A DNA stretch of 64,000 nt from an uncultured Methylomirabilota bacterium (GTDB taxonomy: Bacteria > Methylomirabilota > Methylomirabilia > Methylomirabilales > 2-02-FULL-66-22): assembly GCA_963705305.1 (NCBI GenBank), contig OY970067.1:2720001-2784000 (forward strand). Direction: 5' to 3'. Positions 11,731-21,203 of this stretch are shown piece by piece. The notes beneath the pieces were generated by a model, which was not told the origin of the DNA, made no database searches, and worked only from the letters and a program-made list of their open reading frames with translations. Position numbers and translations under genes: made by a program. Numbering within the stretch: position 1 is the first letter of the stretch; each line of letters begins with the position of its first letter.

Positions 11731-13547
11731 TACCTGAAGACGTCATCGCCGAGATCTTGCGGCGAACCGATATCGTGGAGCTGATCGGCCAGTACGTTCC
11801 GCTGCGGGCGGCGGGGCGCACCCACAAGGCCCTCTGCCCGTTTCACAAGGAGAAAACCCCGTCCTTCGTCGTGAATCCCGACCGGCAGATCTTTCATTGC
11901 TTCGGCTGCGGCGAGGGGGGGGACGCCATCACGTTTCTGGTGAAGCACGAGGGGCTGAGCTTCCCGGAAGCGGCGAGGCTGCTGGCCGAGCGAGCGGGGG
12001 TGCCCATCCCGGCCCGCCATCGGCGCGAGGAGGGGGAGGGACAGCGCGACGGGCGCCTGGCGCTCTTGGAGGTGCACCGACAGGCGCTGGAACACTTCCG
12101 CGAAAACCTGCGCGGACCGGAGGGGACCGGCGCGCGCGAGTACCTGGCAGGCCGGGGACTCACGGCGGAGCTGACGGACCGATTTCAGCTGGGGTACGCT
12201 TTGCCCCGATGGGACGGCCTGCTGCGGGCATTGAAGAAGCAGGGACATCCGGACCAGCTCCTGCAGGCCGCCGGCCTGATCGTTCCGCGGCAGAGCGGCT
12301 CCGGCTCGTACGATCGCTTCCGGCATCGCCTCATGATCCCCATCTGGGACGCGGGGGGGAAGGCGATCGCGTTCGGCGGCCGCGCCCTGGACGCGCAGGA
12401 AGTGAAGTACCTGAACTCGCCCGAGACCGCGCTGTTTCACAAGGGAGCCCACCTGTACGGGCTCAATCTGGCCGGCCGGGCGATTCGAGAGCGGGGGCAG
12501 GCCGTGGTGGTGGAAGGATACTTCGACGCCATCACGCTGCATGTCTACGGGTTCGAGCACGCCGTCGCCACGCTGGGTACGGCCCTGACGGTGGATCAGG
12601 CCCACCTCTTGGCGCGCTACGCCCCCAGCATCGTGCTGCTCTACGATCCGGATGCGGCGGGGGTGGGGGCCGCGCGGCGCAACCTGGAGCAGCTCATCAA
12701 CGTGGACCTGGAGTGGCATGCCGTCCTCCTGTCCGGCGGGCTCGATCCCGACGCCTTTCTTCGAAAGCATGGCCCGGAAGCCTTTGCCGCCACCCTCGCC
12801 GGCGGGCAGGACCTGGTGGACTTCTTCCTGGATTCCCGGGTCTCGGGACTGGACATGCAGGATGCGCATCAGCGTGCGCGGGCCGTGGATGGACTGATCG
12901 AGGTCCTCAGCGGGATCGACAATCCCATCCGCCGCGAGGGGTACGTGCAGCGCGTCGCGCAGCGGAGCGGCCTCGCGGACCGTACGCTGCTGGAAGCGGT
13001 GGCCCGGCATCGCGCACGGCGGGGGAGCCGAGACACCGTCGCCGCTGCCGTCCCGGCGCCCGCGGCCGGTCCGCCGAGCGCCGAAGAGCAGGTAATCGCC
13101 ATCGGACTCAACTGCCCCGCGTGGCGCGAGCGCATCGCCGCAGCCATCGAGCCGGACGACATCGAGGACCCCGCCTTGCGCCGCATTTTCAGCGAGTTCG
13201 TCCGGCAGGCCCCGGATGACCTGCCGGCCGGCTCCGGCCGGAAGCCGCGGCCGGTGAGCGCGCTGCCGCCGGAGCTCCAGCGGCGCCTGTCGGCCCTCTT
13301 GGCGAAGGCGCCATGGTCGGAGGCGGCGGAGGAGGCCGAGGCCGACCCGTGGCAGGCAGCGGATAACGCTAGACTGGATCGAACCGTCGAGGACTGCCTG
13401 GCCCGCATCCGGCAGCAGCGGGCCCGTGCGGAGCGAGAGGTCCTACGCCGGGCCCTGGATGCCGCCGATCGAGGCGGAGATCGAGAGCAAGTCCTCCGCC
13501 TGCTGGCTCAACACCCCTCGGTGGGGAGCAGCAAGCCAGATGACTGA
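11727..13547 (+). CDS. dnaG: DNA primase
   Basis: CPFHKEKTPSF/CFGC zinc finger, DRFRHRLMIPI, KYLNSPET, VEGYFD TOPRIM; GTGA overlap with mutS2. Confidence 0.96.
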   Translation: MIPEDVIAEILRRTDIVELIGQYVPLRAAGRTHKALCPFHKEKTPSFVVNPDRQIFHCFGCGEGGDAITFLVKHEGLSFPEAARLLAERAGVPIPARHRREEGEGQRDGRLALLEVHRQALEHFRENLRGPEGTGAREYLAGRGLTAELTDRFQLGYALPRWDGLLRALKKQGHPDQLLQAAGLIVPRQSGSGSYDRFRHRLMIPIWDAGGKAIAFGGRALDAQEVKYLNSPETALFHKGAHLYGLNLAGRAIRERGQAVVVEGYFDAITLHVYGFEHAVATLGTALTVDQAHLLARYAPSIVLLYDPDAAGVGAARRNLEQLINVDLEWHAVLLSGGLDPDAFLRKHGPEAFAATLAGGQDLVDFFLDSRVSGLDMQDAHQRARAVDGLIEVLSGIDNPIRREGYVQRVAQRSGLADRTLLEAVARHRARRGSRDTVAAAVPAPAAGPPSAEEQVIAIGLNCPAWRERIAAAIEPDDIEDPALRRIFSEFVRQAPDDLPAGSGRKPRPVSALPPELQRRLSALLAKAPWSEAAEEAEADPWQAADNARLDRTVEDCLARIRQQRARAEREVLRRALDAADRGGDREQVLRLLAQHPSVGSSKPDD

Positions 13548-13677
13548 GTCCGTCGATTCACCCATGCGACGGCGAATGTATCCACGCAGAACTCAGCGCT
13601 GGGTGAGCTGACGAGGGACCCGGCGGGAGAAGTCCGCGGTCGTATTTGCGAGTGGCAGCACGGAGAAAGGGGACCGC

Positions 13678-15694
13678 ATGGCCAAGTCGAAACCAGTCAA
13701 GAAGCCGAATGCCAGCCGTGGAGCATCGAAGCCGAAGGGGGAACGCCGCCCGCCGGTCTCGACGCGGTCGAGGAGGCCAGGGGCCTCTGGTGGCGCACGG
13801 GCGCAGGGAGTGAAGCGTGCCGCGCCGCCGCGGAAGCCGTCCCGACGGCCGGACAAGGCAAAGGCAGCCGCCAAGGCCGCAAAGGGTGCCGGCACCGAGA
13901 AGCGGCCGGGTGTGGCCGGACGCACGGACGTAGCGATGCCGCCGCGGGTGGAGGAGATCAAGGCGCTGATCTCGCTGGGAAAGAAGAAAGGGTACCTGAC
14001 CTACGACGAGATCATGAGCCAGCTTCCCGAGGACGAGAACTCGGCCGAGCGGTTCGATGAGATCTTCCGGACGCTGGGGGAGATGGACATCGAGGTCCTG
14101 GACGCCCCCGAGCGTCCCAAGGCAGGCGACGGGGAGGAAGCCTCGGACGAGGAGGCCTCCCAGGATGTCGAGCTGGATCTCTCTCCTGCGCCCGTGGGTC
14201 GCACCGACGATCCGGTGCGGATGTACCTTCGGGAAATGGGCCGCACCCCGCTGCTCACCCGGGAAGGGGAGATCCGGATTGCCAAGCGGATCGAGGAAGG
14301 GCGCAAGGAGGTCGGGGAGTCTGTCTGCCGCGCCGGGGTGGCCGTGCGGGAGGTTCTGTATCTCGGGGAGCGGCTGGAACAGGGGCGCCTGCGGATATCC
14401 GATCTGCTGGCCATGAACGAATTTGAGGAGCTGTCGGAGCAGAAAGAGCAGGAGCTGTTGGAGGAGGTCCGGCCGGTGATCCGGGCGCTCCGCCGGGAGC
14501 AGGAGAAACTGGACGATCTCTCCCGCCGGCTGGAGAAGGCGGGCCCCCGCCTGAGCGATCGGGCACGCCGGCGGTTCGAGACGGAACGAAATCAGCGGGG
14601 CGAAAAGCAGGCCGAGATCCTTCGCAAGCTCAACCTGAATCAGCGGGTGGTCGACCGCGTCGTGACTCGGATGCGGCGCTTCCTGGAGCGGATCGAGACC
14701 AGCGAACGGGATCTCGTAGATCTGGGGAAGTCAGCCCGGCTCAGCCAGACCGACCTCCGCCACCTGGGGGGCGGAGACGGGCTCAGCCCGGCAACGCTCC
14801 GCGGCATTCTGCGCCGGGTCCGATCGGGCAAGCGCGATGGGGACGTCATCCGGCAGCAGATCACCGGTCTAGTGGAGAAGATTGCCAAGGTGGAGCAGGA
14901 GGCGGATGCCTCCGCCGAAGAGCTGCGGTCGCTTCTCACGGCCATCACCGGGGGAGAGCGAAAGGCCTTGCAGGCCAAGAAGGAGATGGTGGAGGCGAAC
15001 CTCCGGCTGGTCATCAGCATCGCCAAGAAGTACACCAACCGCGGGCTGCAGTTCCTGGACCTGATCCAGGAGGGGAACATCGGGCTCATGCGGGCGGTGG
15101 ACAAGTTTGAATACCAGCGGGGGTACAAGTTCAGCACCTACGCCACCTGGTGGATCCGGCAGGCCATCACCCGCGCCATCGCGGACCAGGCGCGGACCAT
15201 CCGGATCCCCGTGCACATGATCGAAACGATCAACAAGCTCATCCGGGCTTCCCGCCATCTGGTCCAGGAGTACGGGCGCGAGCCGACCCCCGAGGAGATC
15301 GCGCAGAAGATCGACCTGCCGGTGGATAAGGTGCGCAAGGTCCTGAAGATCGCCCAGGAGCCCATCTCGCTGGAGACGCCCATCGGCGAGGAGGAGGATT
15401 CCCATCTGGGGGATTTCATCGAGGACAAGGCGGCCGTGTCGCCGCTGGATTCGGTGATCACCACCAACCTCTCGAATCAAACCGAGGAGGTCCTCAAGAC
15501 GCTCACGCCGCGGGAGGAGCGGGTCCTACGGCTGCGCTTCGGAATCGGCGACGGCTGCGACCACACGCTGGAGGAGGTCGGCCAGCAGTTCGAACGTCAC
15601 CCGTGAGCGCATCCGGCAGATCGAGGCCAAGGCCCTGCGCAAGCTGCGCCATCCGACGCGTAGCAAGAAGCTGAAGAGCTTCGTGGAGGGCTAG
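13678..15694 (+). CDS. rpoD: Primary sigma factor RpoD; +1 frameshift at ~15592-15594 (probable sequencing error)
   Basis: [38 protein letters not shown]; region 4.2 [20 protein letters not shown] continues in the shifted frame to TAG 15694. Confidence 0.96.
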
Positions 15695-15796
15695 CCGGCT
15701 CCGCCCGGGCCCAGAGTCAGTGGGTGAGAGCCGTCCCGCCCGAGGCGGGAAGGGGCGGAGGTTCGAAGAGACAAAAGGGTTCGGCGTACGAGCCTG

Positions 15797-15873
15797 GGGC
15801 CCATAGCTCAGCTGGTTAGAGCCGCCGGCTCATAACCGGTAGGTCGGAGGTTCGAGTCCTCCTGGGCCCACCA
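15797..15873 (+). tRNA. tRNA with CAT anticodon, most likely tRNA-Ile2 (lysidine-modified)
   Basis: GGGCCCA acceptor stem pairs with TGGGCCC-A-CCA; CCGG-CT-CAT-AA-CCGG anticodon arm; GTTCGAGT T-loop; position after rpoD resembles E. coli ileX. Confidence 0.93.
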
Positions 15874-15888
15874 CAATTGAAACACGAA

Positions 15889-15924
15889 GAAAGCCCGCGT
15901 AGCGCGAAGTTATGCGGGCTTTTC
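15889..15924 (+). terminator. Hairpin/intrinsic terminator after the tRNA
   Basis: AAAGCCCGCGTA..TATGCGGGCTTTT inverted repeat. Confidence 0.55.
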
Positions 15925-16365
15925 ATTGCTCGGATGACGCCATGGGACGCAATGGAAAACGGGCTTGTATCACCCCGCACAGCAACTACAAGAGCCACCA
16001 CAACAGCCACCGGCCCGTATCGCCCGAACATCCGCGGACCACGGGCCGTTTTCTCTTCGAGGCACAAGGGAGCACCAGAACAACTAAAGACCACCTCACT
16101 CTTTTTCCGCCCCCAGGAATTTTCGGCCAAGATTCGGGCGATCCCCCCGAACGATTAGGGGGGTCGGTAGCCAGGGGAGACCGTGGAATATTTCCCAGCT
16201 GAAGGCGGACCTGCACAGGAAAAACAGAGCATTCTGAGCCGGGCACGGACGGGGGATAACCCGACCAGCAAGGGCGGGAAGGAGTCGACATGAACGGAGA
16301 TCCGGAGCCCCTCGGTTCTCAGCGGGCGCACCGGGCCTTCGGGGCGGCCGGCCTCCTCGCGGGGG

Positions 16366-16502
16366 CCGACCCTCAGGGACCTGCTTGCACAGGTCTGTGC
16401 GGCGTTCGAGCTCACCCCGGCCAGCTCGCCGGCGGGGGGCGCGGCGGGCCGGTGGCGCCGGCTTCTCGTCGCGATCCAGGAGTCATAAGATGCAACGTCC
16501 CC
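16366..16502 (+). pseudogene. Remnant of the C-terminal HTH region of a RAYT (Y1) transposase plus end motif
   Basis: Frameshifted PTLRDLLAQVCAAFELTP/QLAGGGRGGPVAPA followed by GATGCAACGTCCCC. Confidence 0.45.
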
Positions 16503-16768
16503 AAATACAAGTAGCGAAGGGGCCTGGCGCGACTCACGCGCGTGCGCTATGTTATGCGCGGGGCGCCACCAGACATGCGGTCGACGGTGAGTCGGGTGGA
16601 CTGGCTGATGGGAGATAGGTGAGGGACGGCCTGTTACGTCGTATCCCGCGCGCGCCTTTGCGGTCCTCGGAAATGCTGACGGCGACTCCAGCGATGGCGG
16701 TTGATGCAGTGGGTCGAGTATGGGGGATAGCGGGTGTGGCCCCTTGATCCCCTTGGAAAGAGAGCAGC

Positions 16769-16978
16769 ATGTGGACCGTAGGGATCGTAGCCGGCGGAAG
16801 GAAATTCGATGCAGGGCTCTCCTGGTGTGTTATCGAGCACTTCGGCCTCCCAGGTGAGGAGGTCGTAACGAAGGTCATAGCGTTCACCGAGCAACGGCCG
16901 GATGCGGAACGCATCGCCGCGGCGCTCAATGAGATCGGCGAGGGACATCAGAAACCACCCGCGCCTGAGACCAATTGA
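16769..16978 (+). CDS. Small hypothetical protein (69 aa)
   Basis: ATG start with purine-rich RBS; protein-like composition ending DAERIAAALN. Confidence 0.45.
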   Translation: MWTVGIVAGGRKFDAGLSWCVIEHFGLPGEEVVTKVIAFTEQRPDAERIAAALNEIGEGHQKPPAPETN

Positions 16979-17163
16979 GCCAGGGCCGGCTTTCTGGTAG
17001 AATCGGCCCGGACACGGCGGGGGATATATAGAATACGCAACCGGGAGGCCTTCGCCCCCCGATCTCCGAGGCCCTGAGTTCGGCTGCCCGCCGCGCTTCC
17101 GGGGCCTTGCTGTTTCTGTGGGCAGCGCCCTCGTCGTCTTGATGGAGCAACACGGAGGGTGAT

Positions 17164-17562
17164 ATGTGCAGACGAGCGGTGCGGTTCGCCATCCTGGTCC
17201 TGCTCCTACCGTCAGCGGTCTCGGCGGGCGAGGTCGGGTGGTACTTGATGCTGCCGCCTGTAGCACCCGCCAAAAGCGTGCTGCTCCCGCCCTCGGTCGA
17301 GACACACGCGCCGCTCGGTGAGTGGCGGCAGGACCGGGGGTTTTCCTCGATGGTGGCGTGTCAGATGTACCGCGACGTAGTGTTCAAAGTGAAGAGGAAT
17401 TTGGCGGACTACTGGCTGAAGAACGAGCCCACCGATCACACGAAGGCGGATGAGTTGAACCTCTGGAGGGGCAAAGTGCATGATGCGCAGGTCGCCATGG
17501 TGGCCTATGCGAGCGGCCTCTGCATCGCCAGCGACGATCCGCGGCTGGCGCCGCCGCGTTGA
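17164..17562 (+). CDS. Secreted hypothetical protein (GWYLMxPP...CIASDDPRL)
   Basis: GGAGG RBS, N-terminal signal peptide (AVSA cleavage), two Cys in the mature part. Confidence 0.7.
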   Translation: MCRRAVRFAILVLLLPSAVSAGEVGWYLMLPPVAPAKSVLLPPSVETHAPLGEWRQDRGFSSMVACQMYRDVVFKVKRNLADYWLKNEPTDHTKADELNLWRGKVHDAQVAMVAYASGLCIASDDPRLAPPR

Positions 17563-17627
17563 CCCTTCCCCGGCCTACCGTTCGCTACGGAAGACGAAGA
17601 GGAGATCTGAAAGACGGGAAGAAAGAC

Positions 17628-17740
17628 GGGACGTTGCGTCCTATGGCTCCTCATGCCCCCCCCGCCCCATTCCCCGCCAAGCGCGCCTCGACGCCCCCCG
17701 GACCCTCCACGGGGGCACACACCGTTTGACCCGACGCCCC
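17628..17740 (+). mobile_element. Miniature RAYT-derived element (internally deleted)
   Basis: GGGACGTTGCGTC...GACCCGACGCCCC imperfect inverted ends enclosing (I)PRQARLDAPRTLH, the typical RAYT N-terminus. Confidence 0.5.
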
Positions 17741-17954
17741 AAGCCAACGTGCAGAAGTTCCGGCTAGAAGCCCAACCGCTACTCCCGATGTTCGTCCACG
17801 GGGGAAAGCTCCAGCGTCTGGGGACAACCTTCCAGCTTGCAGTAAATCACCCACGGGTCAGACCCAGTTACTCCCAGGGTGTCCTACCCTGTGGTGGCCA
17901 ACTGATGTAGCCGATCCTCCCATTCCGCCCCCAGCCCCTTGGCGGCATCCTCAA

Positions 17955-18036
17955 TCTCTATGCGGGCGCGAGCGCGCTCCAGGATCCCCTCAAGCTCTTT
18001 TTCGGCTGACCGGGCGATGTGCAGCGTCCAGGGCAT
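17955..18036 (-). pseudogene. Truncated RelE/ParE-type toxin N-terminus
   Basis: MPWTLHIARSAEKELEGI..RARI overlapping the antitoxin 3' end, then similarity is lost. Confidence 0.55.
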
Positions 18037-18271
18037 GGAGGAGCCGGTCCAGGGTTACGAATTGACCATGGGCGTGTTCGCGGCGTGCGCGCCGAAGCGC
18101 CCGGAAATTCTCCACGGAGGGCGTGACAGCAGGGAAGCGGGTTTCAATATACGTGCGAAGCGCCTCGCGGACCAATTCGGAGCGCGTGCGGTGCTCCGCC
18201 TTGCGGACCTACTCAACCTGCTCCATCATCTCGGCCGGGAGTGAAACGTTCATTGTCCGTCGTGAGCGCAT
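17990..18271 (-). pseudogene. CopG/ribbon-helix-helix antitoxin with in-frame TAG
   Basis: MRSRRTMNVSLPAEMMEQVE*VRKAEHRTRSELVREALRTY...GQFVTL; TAG at 18209-18211; GGGGAAGG RBS. Confidence 0.75.
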
Positions 18272-18600
18272 TGGCCTTCCCCTGTATGACCTGGTATGAC
18301 CAAATGTTACCGGAGGTTCTGGGAACCCGTCAAAGGCGAACGCGCCACACGAACCCTTCCGTGCCCTGTCGAGCACTGACCAGAATGCGGGGGTGAACTG
18401 GGCTGCTACATTCCAGTGAGCAACCCGCTTGACAGGCGCCGGTGTCCGCCGTAGCCTGCAGGAAAAGTCCGGCTGCTCTCGACCGATCGTGCCGGACCAA
18501 GGTCCCGCCCCTTCCGAAAGAAATCTCTCTGCTCCGCAAGAGGCGTTGCATCTCTTCCGGAGCGCCCCCGTCTCGTGAAACCGCACACCGGGAGGTCTGT

Positions 18601-18966
18601 ATGTGCGAGTACTGCGTTCAGGCGATGTCGCAGGTCCTCCCCCTCGGAAAGGAGGAGGAAGGCATCTGCGAGGAATGCGGAGGACCGGCAACCTGGGTCT
18701 CCGTCACAAAATCGGTATGCTTCCACCTGTGTGAGGAGCATACGAAGACCCAGCGGGATGCCTGGACCGGCGGCGACGAGGGATACTTCCAAAGCACGGG
18801 GCTGAACCTGACGACGGACTTTCTGCCCATCACGGCGAAGGAGACTTGCGGGTTCCGTCTCCAGCCGGCCCCTTCGAACCCGAATCCCGTGTGCGGCCAA
18901 AAGGCCACCCACGTGGAGATCGACACCGACAGGCACTTCTACTGCGAGGCCCACAGGCCGGCGTGA
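18601..18966 (+). CDS. Small Cys/His-rich putative zinc-finger protein
   Basis: GGGAGG RBS; CxxC plus two CGxxATxV...CxxH repeats. Confidence 0.65.
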   Translation: MCEYCVQAMSQVLPLGKEEEGICEECGGPATWVSVTKSVCFHLCEEHTKTQRDAWTGGDEGYFQSTGLNLTTDFLPITAKETCGFRLQPAPSNPNPVCGQKATHVEIDTDRHFYCEAHRPA

Positions 18967-19275
18967 GGGCGACTCCAGAGCCGCGTCTGTGGAAGCGCCC
19001 GCCTGGCCGCTCATGGCAGGTGGCCGGCTCCCCGGGGCCGGTGAGCGGATCGCTGGCTCGCGGGGACGCGCTCAAGCCCCTTGCCGATGCTCCGCTCTTC
19101 CGCTCTCCTGCTGGACAGGTCCATGCCTGCACCGCACGGCAGTCCCGTCCCCCAACACGGGAGGAGGGTGCGTCGAAAGCGGACGAGGGTGCACCGGTCT
19201 TCCATCCGGCGCACCCTCGCTGTCAGGGTCTTCCCGCCCTTGCCAGGCGCAAGGAACGGGGCATGGGTGGGAGGA

Positions 19276-19461
19276 CTAGAGCGGTTCCGGGGCGCAGAGG
19301 TTGTCGCCGCTGGCAGCGGCCCTGCCGCACTCCTTGCAGATGAACTTGGGATTCTTGACCAACGGTCGCAGCACTTTCAAATCGGTTCGGCACTCGCAGC
19401 AGGCCAGGGCGCAGAGCTTATTTTCATGCCACTCTTTTCCGCCGTGCGTATGATCGGCCAT
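19276..19461 (-). CDS. Small Cys-rich hypothetical protein (61 aa)
   Basis: AAGGGGAGG RBS; LVKNPKFICKECGRAA..NLCAP motif. Confidence 0.7.
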   Translation of the reverse strand: MADHTHGGKEWHENKLCALACCECRTDLKVLRPLVKNPKFICKECGRAAASGDNLCAPEPL

Positions 19462-19783
19462 GGCTCGCCTCCCTTTCGTGATGTGAAGGGTTGGGAACGG
19501 GATGAGAGTCGGCCCCGGCGGGCCGGCCCAGGCTCGGCATGCACCGAATGATGACGCGTTTGCTTCTCACCCGTCAAGGGGATTCGGAAGAGCGTCAACG
19601 CATCCGCGGGGGCGGAGGGCGGGGCCCTGTCGCGTACAAGAGCCTCCGCCCTCCGATGGTCGGCGTCTGCGCCGGGCGGGGTGACGCGTCGTGGCCGTGC
19701 GGTCGGGACCGTGGTACGCTCTGGCCCGCCGGTGCAGGCTGCTCACTCCGGGCTCCGGGAGGCATTCGGGGCCGGAGCGGCCG

Positions 19784-21116
19784 TGTCGTAGCTCAGCGAT
19801 AATGTCCGCCCCCCACCCCGCGCCACTCCGCTGGGCGCGCGGGGTGGCCCCCCCTCAGCGGCGTTTCCGGGCCCGGAGTTGGCCAGGATCGGGGGGCGCT
19901 GGCGTGGTCGTGACCAGCCGGTCGCCGACATAGACCCGCCAGGAGCCGTCGAGGCACTGGACGACCTCGGCCTGGGCCCGGGCATAGCTCCGGCGATGGG
20001 GGCCAGGCGCGAGCTGGAGGACAACGTCCTCCACCCGGACGGTGCTATCCAGGGCCACCTGGCGGGCGTAGTGGAAGGCGCAGAGCCGATCCAGGTCGCC
20101 CCCGCGCGGGACCGGCCGGTAGGCAGCGGTCGCCACTGCGGCGGGGACGGCGAACTGGGCGTTGAAGGCCGGGAAGAAGGTGGTCGCCAAGAAGGCGTCC
20201 CCCGCCGCCGGGGTGGTGATCCCCGCGAGGGCAAGTTCGCCGACGAGGCGGTCCTGGCACGTGTTCCAGAGTCGCTCGATCCGGCCCTTGGCCTGCGGGC
20301 TCTCGGCGACGATATGGTGGACCCCGAGGGCCTGGAGGGCCCGCCCGACCTGCGTGGGATCCTGGTGGCCCTGGAGTTCTTCGGCGAGCGTCCAGTGGAG
20401 GTCGTGCCGCACGAAGATGCCATGGCCGTCCGTGTAGACGGCGGCCGGGAGCCCGACGGTCCGCCCCAGGGTGTGCAGGAGCCGGAGGTAGCCCGCGGCA
20501 TCCTCCTGGGCCCGGAAGGTCCCGGCGAGCACCGCCCCCGTGGCATCGTCAATGGCGGCGAGGAGACTGCAGGCGGGCTGGGTAGGCCCGAACCAGGCGA
20601 AGGGGCTCCCATCCAGCTGGCAGAGGAGCCCGGCCTGCGCCTGGCGGGGCCGCCGGGCCCGGTGGCGGGGGGGCCGGCGCCGGCGCGGGGAGACCAGGCC
20701 CGCCGCCCGGAGGAGGCGCTGGACGGTCGCGCGGCTCACCGCGAGCCCCTCCACGGCGGTGAGCTTCTCGGTGAGGTGGTGGTCATTGAGGCCCGCGGTC
20801 CCGCCCCCGTGCGAGGGCGACGATCTGCGCGCGGAGGGCCTCCGGCAGGTGGTTCGGCGCGGGGCGGCCCCGATTGCCATGGACCAGCCCTCCCGGGCCC
20901 ATCCGCCGGAGCCGGGCCCGTAAGCGCCGCACCTGCCGGGCGGTGAGTCCCACCGCCTCGGCCGCCTGCGCGGGACTGATGCGCTTGCCCTCCAGGAGAG
21001 TGAGCACGTGCACGCGTCGGGCTTCCTCGGGAGTCAGGGTCATCTGTCCTCCTCTCTACAAGAGCGGACAGAATCCCTGATCTGTTAGAGGCGGACAAGT
21101 TTGCTGAGCTACCACA
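19784..21116 (-). mobile_element. IS1202-family (ISNCY) insertion sequence
   Basis: TIRs TGT(C/G)GTAGCTCAGC-N5-TGTCCGCC; perfect 17-bp flanking direct repeats CGGGGCCGGAGCGGCCG at 19767-19783 and 21117-21133. Confidence 0.93.
19855..21043 (-). pseudogene. DDE transposase of the IS, frameshift near 20800 (real or sequencing error)
   Basis: HTH N-term ..GLVHGNRGRP; QLDGS, YTDGHGIF and SPQAKGRIER DDE motifs in the second frame. Confidence 0.85.
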
Positions 21117-21133
21117 CGGGGCCGGAGCGGCCG

Positions 21134-21162
21134 TTGACCCCTCCGGGGAAGTGTGCAATACT
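21134..21162 (+). promoter_or_regulatory. Sigma-70 promoter for the zinc-ribbon gene
   Basis: TTGACC - 17 bp - AATACT with TG extension. Confidence 0.5.
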
Positions 21163-21203
21163 ACTTCGCCCAGAACACCGAATACACCGGTGGATTGTCG
21201 CGA

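Noticed and set aside
15590..15606. Programmed frameshift in rpoD
   Set aside because: No slippery sequence; same pattern as other apparent sequencing indels.
20501..20513. TCCTCCTGGGCCC matching the tRNA 3' end (possible attR)
   Set aside because: Only 13 bp, GC-rich and inside the transposase coding sequence; likely chance.
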